Source: a virus
Direction: 5' to 3' (one strand)
Virus record (IMG/VR): IMGVR_UViG_3300020196_000026
Span: 5,102-69,101 of that record
Length of the DNA: 64,000 bases
Below, piece after piece: positions 37,101-46,600 of the stretch (position 1 is its first letter; the number at the start of each line of letters is the position of its first letter). The position numbers were made by a program, and so were the translations under genes. The notes under the pieces are model-generated. The model searched no databases and was not told the origin of the DNA. It saw only the letters and a program-made list of their open reading frames with translations.

Positions 37101-37636
37101 AACTTTACCGAAGGAAATACCCGGTTGGTTATCCTGCAGATGCTCGTTTTATATGTGGTACTAAAAAATATGGCCCATCGGGAAATAGAGAAACCGCAGC
37201 TGCAGATGCTCTAAATAGTACCTTTAATTACTCGAATTTTTCTGAAGAGGCGCAACAATTAAAACATAAAATAACTGCAAATTTCTTTAGTGTTTTTGAC
37301 ACTATTCCACACAGGCCCTTTTTAGACATTAATAATCAAATAGCTGCACTGAATCCCTCTTTACAGGTTTTACCTCGAACGGCCTTTATAAACCAGGAAA
37401 TTAATTTAGGTACGCCGCCTAATATTAATACAAGGAGCAGCATTATCGGAGTAAATATTTCTATAAATAGAGTCCTTCGAACACCTTCACATAGTATCGT
37501 TCTTAATGTAGTTTCAGCCGCTCTTACAAAACCCACACTACAAACGTCTGTGGTTATATGTTCTGCAAATGTACGTATGACTATTAACTCTAACTTAGGT
37601 AGAATCAGCGGCTTAAACTCAACAAACTGCCAGTAA
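31178..37636 (+). CDS. Giant (2152 aa) RCC1-repeat tail fibre/adhesin-like protein
   Basis: VWGSNRWGQL, YAWGNNKYYQCEVP, SAGAYHTVA, AAGAFHTA and AAGSMHSA repeats separated by long inserts. Confidence 0.75.
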   Translation: MPTIYLGVNQSFSASGITAQGSIDSTSGSTLGTILPCPGVFPCTIRAKSTVKGSSTAVVEAVYSGPNHIVLKETLHDYIPASGARIRIENKGIGVKVVGGTYIESLNFTLTPVLKPYTYEPYRSISLNGLPAELFAGTPPTGAVTLNGNPNNPDDPLNVFSNFNGFQYTFAEGQLSEACNILWTGGTTGNPPLAINVSGLWTNDRAQYVLDSGDTLLPYYTPVNIKYPLFTAGESPELWIIDYDPGGESYYDPEANNRSASNLIAVNNAPDFNCFDSTTKRLKASTFGTQSHPNFIKSLCALRTEESSYAGFSYLGIKSNLSLFLGAFANIGVPIDSDWPIKFFQFYDYAAGGTSPKNIAPTKPSIGINTNIVSVYANIGIPQTLNALWEKSSPTGLRHSRYSDIKATQYGYVLLNEDTKHLEFMFTAHVDPWMESAEAQVINKLMRAPPRSADHLPALNMMLGCDPRTGTAGESLYKVNDVTIRGWLDTDQIIHGGGGHVIALGTYNGAIVNNGKVTVWGSNRWGQLVLPEPMRSTSFTITDVAVSNAPPVLTNSNDSNFYYTVYSEEAAEKAARSFIYGLSGNENNVFKFSYPESFDYRYGGHINYENLPGHVVVVTSTGRVYAWGNNKYYQCEVPDDISLVDSAGNINTTQLLDPIIEVSAGAYHTVARSKTGVIYVWGAGGPWASQNDTAIIDGRVSISNHNVRPNTGTLAFNATNTTVHFGQSMLKLGSASETTQGYVGLATPSAAPIGLSSYASDTHATSLTPNYTAVFTITKSIKGTPVDIGQKTNAGFAPVVTDDAGGENSSRRMKGMIAAGAFHTAIIDNQLKIQCVGAGRGPTTQQMAHPNSSYSFNNSTIPQWGSSYTDGDGGESRFSTYPHYCQSLSQYRIPAPNADNTTTSAGLFRYSAFGQNNQIQSKSKYFQDLLFKKVICGPFSTHGIIYSASKIPPSGGTEVFTAKDKVWLHGRVVSWGCAFSFRSFQTNGTSSTGILGPRYTANDNTDPATYNAQPSNNPAGTLSGLGSVLRIGNSAGNDVDRMFEIINRVPNSTGQPGIYPLAPGAGNNHLVLVGVPSPNSEAVSNPSVGVVSNNANESQPAYNTDCPVTISRFKVKDVAVCGEFATYIGFYDKFTRSSLKLGASDNDLVSSGATFDYQASVFFTGNDPYRDSNIFSIAESAYRGRFNAINPYVGNNVARRNRKRNETGIYYWLGDTGLPMKTRSFHFGPVKYTDTGTGTPLGVTNSISLKYVLPTTALASANLAVVIVNMDNRPVSWLGYIYSPTYRAPLDLSLLPSIPIQSFKTGKAHILAVSAGDWPVATSLRERKAVPKLASELSTRLFQSVTGNGIATKLIADESNFRYYRPVLLAWGAGDGREFGSTLLSLASPSNASASGIFGPGSGVDSVFGLGFLDTHAVSRYDATYTTGTVQGLAVNADAWENYYGHYRWNVNSRSDGLYDRPELPGISLGSASGSAYSAMFGPPGHHAVEALQSLLGFQHHLYPSTFTNPALGARGLLNGANKSAIPAAAFMPFITSSSQTGNKARCCITAAEESPSFESLNSLQEYHSPLGYTQQTYTDFVVDYAAGSMHSAVLFRSSCASWTQINSNAHLANMNAFSTHFMTDVNGSISFGQRKVCKLGIVGYGCEGQTAGSARILQDGSVAPLVPRLFGTDAKVYCGDSYTLVTNPIRIVEASSGSVALTGFNSGSGFTSKTIPISIPSSAYSKRIRGLDVKIQVVASTGTVNLPMSSWDITIPYKQNEWVVFKRLKANLDTTPADAFIQASTIAATFRISDRFSAASAYAYNGTYEAYTERGLDPNNSSSYTGTSPYFLKPISTSAAVPALDKSGCYYPVAVDPSTFAVTNQTWSVNGTTPAATVLPFNEPTINVIIKDYTSTLNYADCSINITLEIEVDAEELPYILYGPDKAGVWNELPGVSPSFGADISSFNPNDDVSSGSSTKSRWIRNCPCEIDNQLYRRKYPVGYPADARFICGTKKYGPSGNRETAAADALNSTFNYSNFSEEAQQLKHKITANFFSVFDTIPHRPFLDINNQIAALNPSLQVLPRTAFINQEINLGTPPNINTRSSIIGVNISINRVLRTPSHSIVLNVVSAALTKPTLQTSVVICSANVRMTINSNLGRISGLNSTNCQ

Positions 37637-37637
37637 A

Positions 37638-40600
37638 ATGCCTATTTGTAATCTTATTACCTCTTCCGTAGCTCCGAGCACTATTGGAAAACCCCCGCTA
37701 CAAAATGCTGCTATAGTGGGGGGGTTAAATTGCTCCGGTAGTTTAAAGGCAATATTAAAACTTTCATTTGCATCAGAGACTAACTCATACGCCTCTGTTG
37801 TAGCTCGTATTCCTGAAGAGAGTTTCATTGTTATACCCCCAGATATAACAATAACCGGGAGAGCTGTTAGGTGTAAATCTGATGTGGGTCGTTACGAAGA
37901 CCCCCTAATAATACCCCTCCCAAAAAACTTACTTCCTGCTTATCTTAATACAATCAGGGCACTCTCCGGCGTTCGTAACCGATCAATATCATCCGTCCGA
38001 AAGCCACAAATATTTGTATATCCTTCAACTTTTTTATCTACCTATAATGTAAGTACTGAGAGCCGTGTTGTTATAGGTACGGGGGGTTTTTCTGTATTTG
38101 TAGGCGCTAATAGTAGTAACTTACAAATTACGTGTAATGTAGCTAAATCAACAATAAATACGGGATTAGTTTTACGGCCTATTTCAAGTACTTTAAATAC
38201 TACAACAGGTTCTAATAAATTTGTACTTATAGGCGCACTAAATGGGTCTACTATTTCTTGTTCTTGTGGGTTAATTTCGCCGTCTCTGATCCGTACAGTT
38301 ACAGTTAGCTCAACCCCACAAATAACTTCAACACTTATCAGTATTGCTACTAGCACGGATAGGCAAGTTAGTCTCACTAGTCCGGCTAGTTGTATTCCAA
38401 CTAGCAGTACTACTGCTAGGCTGGGTATGCAACATCCTCTCACTAGTCCGGCTAGTTGTATTCCAACTAGCAGTACTACTGCTAGGCTGGGTATGCAACA
38501 TCCTCTCACTAGTCCGGCTAGTTGTATTCCAGCACTTTCTTTAAGTGCGGAGCTGAGTGAAATTAGTGGACCAATCCAAATAAATTCAACTCCACCAATA
38601 ACCCCAACACTTAGCAGTATTACTGTGGGGCTGCGTGTGGAATTTAGTCTTACTAGTTTAACTGGGTGTACTCCAAGAGCACTTTCTTTAAGTGCGAACC
38701 TACAAAGAATAAGTCCACCCCCTATAGTTTCACTATTATCAAACCCCGTACTATGCAGCTCTCTCTTACCTACAGGGGGCTATGCTGCACCTCTGTTTGT
38801 TCCTGGAAGTAATTCAAATTACTTTAATCAAGTTCAAGAGTATGTACGTTATCCTTTGCCTACCGCCACATCTGTAGCTGATGCATTAGACGAGAATGTA
38901 CTGCCAGTACAGTATTCTCACTCTGTATTTGGCTCTATGTTGCTCAGACTTACTCCTGGTTATGCTTCTAGCGCGGGTGTATCTTTTAGCTTATTTGCTA
39001 CTCAACTGGGTTCATCAGCCGCACAGTATGCGGTTACGCCCAATTACGACGCTAAAATAATTCTGCTGCGTACTTCTACACTGGATTCGCAGAGCGTACA
39101 GCAAACAGTATTTGGTAGTCTTGCAGTAGGTCCAGATGTAAATCGAGTTGCCCCTTACTCCTCATTTCCTCGATCTTACAATAGTTCTGTTGCATCTATG
39201 GGGTCTGGTGGATCGGCCTCTCTTGTCTCTGTGTCAGCAGACGTCACAGGTACATATTCTGCTCCAACTGTTCCTATGCTGTTTATGGGTTCCACGTTGG
39301 TTAGACACAACTACAATCAAGCACAAAGCACTCTAAAACCATCTGCCGTCGCTACAGACTACTACTATCCTGAAACCTCAGCTATAAAGATAACTAAGGC
39401 CAGAGTGGAGACAACCACAGGTATTTATAACGAAGGCCTATCTCCCATATACAGTTCTCCGGCATTTAGACTTTTAAGCCCAACAGAGTACTTAAATTAC
39501 TCTGCCAGCGGTGCTAATTTTAGTATTAATGCCGCGGTGATGGCCCAGGATGGCACAACCAATTCCCCAGCGCACATTCATGCATCAGATGCAATGATGA
39601 CATTCCTGCCTATTAAGACTGGTGCTCGCTATGCATATTCTCGCTATAGACCGTCTGCACTTAGTCTTTTTGCGACTGTAGCTGATGCAGGATTTGAAGG
39701 CGAAATTGGAGATATTTCGTTTAGCGCAAGTTTTATTGATATAGATGGAGGGGCCGTAGACCCTAATGAGCTATATTCCGGAGACGCTGATTGTATTTTA
39801 CGGGTATCTATTATTCCGTATGTACATTCCGAATTAGACTCTTTTATTTATATAGATATTCCTGTGTTAGGGATATCCACTATTAATCCAGATAGGGTGA
39901 TTATTGACTCATCTTATAGGTGGTTTATTGAGCAGTGTTTAATTGGCGGATCCTTTGTCAACACGCACGGTGTCAGATCGCTTAAAGATTTTTACAATGC
40001 CCCCAATAATGCTCCAACTCTTGTAACAAAAGCTGTGCTTGCAGTAACTCGTCCGATAGTTAATATTGCTACAGATCAAGGAGAATCGGAGCAACAAAAG
40101 CTATCCAACAGCGGTGACAGAAATTTGCTTATGGGCGAGTTCTCTGTAGATATTTCAAGGCAAGATTTGTCTTTTGATACAGCGCTAAAGGTGAATGTTG
40201 ACACTGCAAGTGGCTCTGCAATCAGTATATACACCTCAGACTCTAATCCTGCGGTACAGGCGTCTTCGTTTGATCCTAACAGTTTGCATTTGTTTGTTAA
40301 ATTTGATGGCACTTTGGGCTGCAGAAGAGTTGTGTCGGGCTATGCCGGTCCTCAAGTCCTTGATAATTTAGATCCAATTTTGCCAAAGAAAGTAAGAGAA
40401 TTTATAGATACTGGCGGCTTGTTCTCAGAAGTTAAGGTTGGAGAAAGTATCATCGCTTTGCTGTCTCAGGGTGTCACTGGTAAAAAGCTATTCTTATGGG
40501 GTTACAACACTTATGGACATTTAGATGTTCCTGCGGCTGTTGATGCGAATTTCTTAACCCAGGGATATATCGAAAATGTAAAACAGTTTGACTTTAATGC

Positions 40601-43600
40601 AGGTCATATTGCAGTCATTTTGGATAATGGAAAGTTATACAGTTGGGGTAATAAGAAATCCTCGGTTTGGGCCGATCCAAATATATCTCCAGTAAGTAAT
40701 TTAGATATCGGAGGAGATTTTTCTGTAGCTATTGTTAAGCGTTTTAATTCTGCTAATAATGGTGTAATCAATGTCATTGAACAATACGGAGATTGCCCCC
40801 CTTCGGTTAGCGTTCCTACTGCAGGAATAACTGTAGCAACTCGACAAGAGGTTTGGCCTTGCGATCCTAATGGGTCATGCGAGGCGGGAGAAGTCGTATA
40901 TGCCGGAAAAGTATTAGCGTGCGGCAAAGGTCATGTAGTGCTGTTAAAGAGCGATAACACCGTAGTTTGCTGGGGAGACAACGACTACGGTCAATCCACC
41001 GTGCCGTCTGGTTTGTCGAATGTAATTGCCGTCGACGCGGGCGACTATCACACTATCGCTCTTAAGAACGATAAAACTGTAGTTTGCTGGGGTCGCAATA
41101 ACCACGGCCAAACTGATGTACCAGGGGATCTTCGAGCTAAGAGCATTTCTGCCGGCGGTGATTTTTGCGTAGCTTTGCGCACAGCTCAGTCTACAGATGT
41201 GAGCTCATCTGTTGGTTCCATAAATGATGAGGAGATTGAAGATACTGCAGCCTGCTGGGGCAGAAACAACAGAGGTCAGTGCGACGTACCTACTTGCGAG
41301 GGTATTTCCTACGATCCAACTTTTCATAAATACAGAATGAGGTTTTGGGCTGTTTACTGCGGCTGGGATCACACCGTCGGCATACGACGAGACGACGTTC
41401 AGAGCAAATGGGTTACTCAGCACCCAGAGTTTAATAGATTTTTATTTTATAACTTAATTAAAATACCCCTTAAAACTTCGAGTGGGCAGACAATTTTTGA
41501 TTGCTTGAGAAGACTTATTGAGACCTATGAGCCAGGGTCAAATCCCCCAGTGTTTGATGGCATAGTAAGCTCTACGGGGGCTGAATATTCTTTTACACCT
41601 ATCTCCGGAACAAACCAGTATAGAACAGCAGAAGTCTCGGGCGGTTCAAGAGACTACAGACTTCTCTATACAGCCAGTCTGCCTCCGACGCTTGTTGTGC
41701 AATTTCGTAATACAGGTAGTACTGATTGGCAAGACCTTACATTTAGTAGAGATGTTTATAACTACGAACAAAACCTTATATCTACAGATAATTTTACAGA
41801 TATTTTAGTAGGTTTAGAATCTGGTTTCGATGTAGGATGGAATGGTATTCCAGTAATGCCTACATGGTGTGTTACAGTTGGTTGCCATTCGACGGGTGGA
41901 GGGGAAGGGGACGATGGCTGTTTTTTGGGGATGAGGATTGCAAAAAATGGGGCTAATAACGAAAATATAACAGTTAACTACATTACTTCGGATTCTTCAT
42001 CCCCTAATTTAGATCAAAGTTGGGTTGCTTGGGGTAACCCTATGGCTTGGGATGCCTCCGTAGATAAAACTAAATATTCCCCATACTATCCCCAGAGCTC
42101 CGCTTTAGACATAAGTGTTAGTGGAGATATAGTTCCAGCTAATATAAGGCGTAGTTCTAGTATTATCCTTAAAAATATTTTTAGTTATGTGGGCTGCGGT
42201 AAACAACTTGGTATTGGGACGAGTAGTTTTAATACACAGTATCCTGTCTTGAATTCATTAGAGGCCAATAGTGGCCCTTTACATACCACTATGTACCTAG
42301 GTCCTAGATCTTTAGAGATAATTGATACTGCTAATAATTTTCTTTCTATAACCTCTTCAGCATCAGGACAGTCACTAGATAGATATGAGTTAGGATCTTT
42401 TGCTATATTTATATCTGATCTGGGTCTTACTAGATTTTTTAATATACCTACTCCTGTAAATGCAGAGGCTATAAATCTATACGCTACTCCTGAAAAAAAC
42501 GAAGATTCAATAACCCCACCTAAGTATTTAAATAGGGATACCCTTGCTATTGGATTTAATAATAAATCTGTTTATGTAGAACGGTTTAAGGGCATTCTGC
42601 CGTCTGGTTATTCTATAGTAAGTAACGGTTCATCTTCTTTACCCTCCGGCACTCCAAACTCAGCAAGTGGTTATCACCTTCTATTTTCTGGTACGGTCGG
42701 TGGCTCTAGTATAAATTTAGTAATGACCGGCGCTTATAGTAGTAAATATGGCGCTGCAAATAGTATTTCAATTCCATTTGATCCTAACTATTCATCGTCG
42801 TCCTTAAATTCAGCCTGGCTTCCCGATCTAGGAATAACAATTAAGAGGGTTCGAATAATACGGCATCAGCTTGATGCACAAGCCGGAAATAACGGACGTA
42901 AGACTTACATTCCTAGTAAACATGTAACTGTGTTTAGAGATCAAAATTCTTTGAAAGCTTATGGTCTAGTTATCTCAAACTCTAGTGAGCAGCGTGTTGA
43001 TAACATTAAATCGCTTTATAGTATGAATTTATTTAGTACTCCTAATGCAGCTGTATATGTGAGTAAAGGTAATCGATCTGTAATAGCAGTTAAAAATCAT
43101 AATATTCATATTGAGAATAGCTATCCTTATTTCACTGAATGGGCAGGGAATAATACTAAAGGACAGCTTGATTTAAATTTATTTGGACCTTTTGCAATTA
43201 ATCCAAACCAAATGTTGCCTGGTGAGTATAACAGTTACTGGTTAATGAATTATAATCAAACTAATATAGGCCATACTCAACTTCCTGGTTTAGGTTATGG
43301 TTTTAAAAAAGTAGTTTGTGGTTCGTTTCATACTTTAGCTATCGACGAGGATGGCTTTGTGCATGCTTGGGGATTAAATACTGCAATTAATCCTCCTGTA
43401 TCAAGTATCATGCCATGGGATCCAATTTTGTTTTCAAAGACCGGTTGTGGTGATTATGTTCCAGCTAATCTTACAGGATACTTTATAAAAGATTCTAGTC
43501 TCCCGTTGTGTGAGGGTGAATCAATAGGGTTTGTATGTAACAGAGCTCCTTGTTCTTGGCCTGCAGGCTCTTCAAATCAAGACAGAAACTTACAGAATGG

Positions 43601-46600
43601 GTTGTTTAAATATCCGAAACGTCCAGTTGACGAGAGCGGATGCATGGGGAATTACCTTACTAACAGGGCCTTTTTCGTTAGTGCTGCTGGATTAGAAAAT
43701 ACAAGCGTCCATCTTTTAAGCCAGGCTATCTTCGGCATTACTACAACTACTCTTGCAGGTGGGTTTAGATTTTTTATAGGATTAGAACACGATGATACAA
43801 ACGGAGCTAGGATCTATGTAGATTGTTACTCTAGTGGACGAATATACTCTCAGCCGCTTGAAGTTAACCCTAAAATTATATATTTAGGTTTTTCAGCGGG
43901 TGCGGGCTATGGAGGGTTTACGACTATACGAGCAAAAATAAATACAAAGGATATAGTCTGGGATCAAGGCGGTAGCACTACTTTGGGAATAAACTGTATT
44001 CCTTATGATAAATTTTTAAATGTGTTTGGCGATTCTGACGCTTTGATTCCAACTTATAATAGAAGTGTTAAGCGATCCACGCAGCCAGTGAACCCCTTAA
44101 CCGGAGATGCTGTTAAAGCAAGTGAAATAATTGCGGGAGATAGTTTCTTTTTAGCATTATATAATAGCCAGACATCAGGTAAAATGAGAGGCAGTCTTGT
44201 AGTAGACCATTATAATGACGAAATTTCTATTGGTTTTGAAAATGCAATAGCAGCAGGTTCAATAGTTCCATTTTTAGCTTTATCAGGACCAAAAAACTAT
44301 TTTATAGCGCTAGTTGATAGAACATATATACAAGCTAATGTTACGGTTCCTGCTGATTCTATTTATAACGGAGCTCAAGTTGCAAGTATTAATTACAACT
44401 TTAACTCCGCAAGTCCTAATTTTAAAATATATTTAGGGCAAGAAGAAGTCTCCCCATATACTGATCCACTTGATTATTCAGACGAGACGGTAGATTCAAA
44501 TCCTCCATTTGGCCGTTGGCCTAAAGTAGTATTTCCCGGTGATCCAGAGTTTGATGTAGCAAGCCCGCCTGATGAAGTTTGGGGATACAGACAGATCGGT
44601 ATAACTTACAGCGCTAATCAATTTCAATTTAGTTTGGGAGTCGGCGCGCCGACGGTCCCCTCTGCGGCGCACGTATACCCAGCTTATCCGGTAGCAAAAG
44701 ATACTGCTAATCCGTTTTTGAAAATGGTTACTTACGATACAGTTTCACGTAGGCTGTTGCCTCAATCTTATGAACCTGAAACCATACCGACTTCTCCTAG
44801 TTCTATTGCATTAGGCCATTCAGCTGCATTTGCTATAAAAAGCGATGCAACAATATTTAGTTGGGGCCTTAATATTTTTGACCAGAGATCCGATATAGAC
44901 AATGACAACATTAGTTCTGCTATTATGATTGCCGCTAATTACAACGGGGCCTTAGTATTAGATAATTTACATAAGGTAAGAGTAATTGGAGCGCCGGGCG
45001 TTCCCATTTGTCTTGAGTCTGATGCGCAGCCTCCTTCTAATTTAGGAAATTGTATTTATGTTGCAGTTACTAATAATGGTGTTTTTGCTGCAATAAAACA
45101 AGGTGGGCAGGTTGTTTGCTGGGGTTGTGCTACAGGTCCATATGGTTCATCTTTAATAAACCCTCCAACTAACTTAGGGAATTGCACTCAGATATCAGGC
45201 GGTGTACAGCATTTTGCCGCATTGCAAACAGACGGTAAAGTCGTATGCTGGGGAGACAACACCAACGGCCAAACTGCTGTACCATCAGCAGCTTTGTCGG
45301 GAGTTGTTAAAGTTGTTTGTGGCGGATACCACACAGTAGCACTTAAGAGCAACGGTCAAGTCATATGCTGGGGTGCTAATGGTTATAGTCAATCTACCGT
45401 TCCTGGTAGTTTAGGCATAGGATGTCTGGATATAGCTGCAGGACTTACGCACACTGTAGCTATTAAATCTACCGGATCACTATCAGCTTGGGGCAATATC
45501 GCCGGTACTCCTACTACTGGATCTTATGTAAAGTTAGGTACAGGGTTATATTCAGAGTACGCCGTTGCTGTTCGTAGCCCTGAAACCGGAGGTGAGATGG
45601 TTGCTTGGGGAAATTTTGGCAACTTTAACGAGACAGCTATTCCAACAACTTCTAGCAGAAGAACACTTTCTTTTAATCCTAGCACATCTACCAATGTAGG
45701 CCCTTACAAACACGTCGCCATATCTGCTCCAACGCAGGAAGAATTTAATCATGCTTATGCAAATATACCTCTAAGTATTCGTGCCAGGAATCCAAATATA
45801 ATTTATACATCCGCAGAGCTTGCTGGTTTAGAGCATGCAATTGCTGTAGCATCTGGCAGTAATGCATATTATGCTATAAAGGCAAGCACTTATGGTGCTA
45901 CGCAGGGTTCTCTAGTTGCATGGGGTTTTGCAGGATCGGATAATGCCTTGCAGGTTCCTACTGGATCTAACTTTGTTTCTGTCCACTCCAGAAACCGCCA
46001 TGCTGCTGCTCGTAAAGTAGACAATACTGTAGTTTGTTGGGGTAGTAACTTAAACGGCCAAGCTGTAAGTCCCACTGGTACTTATTCCCGGGTAGCTTGC
46101 GGTGATGATTTTACTGTTGCCATCAATGCCTCCACTAACAAGTTAGCAATATGGGGTTCTATATCCTCCGTACCTGCGCCCTATTCAAACATTGCATTTT
46201 CTACTGTTAGTGCCGGTAAAGCTCACGTTGTCGGCAGCGCGCTGGGGGATTATTCTGAGAATACGTCATCTGGCGTATTTAAAGTATTTAATGGGGATGC
46301 ATTGGCGTTTGGTAATAATAATGCGGGTCAGTGCAACGTACCGGGCTTTAGCTATTCTGGTTCTAATATGGGCTTCGGGGTCTCGGTTGTAGCTGGCGGC
46401 GACTTCACTGTTTATGAACTTAAAACTGATGGCTTTCAGGTTTTTACGGAAGTTGATTCTATTGCTCTGTTGGATGATGACAGAGATATATCGTTATTCG
46501 AAGGATACTTTACTCACAAATACGACATGCTTTGCCCCGCTGTACTTCCTTCCGAGCATCCATGGAGTGTCAATCCGCCTGTATCGAGCCGAACGCCGCA

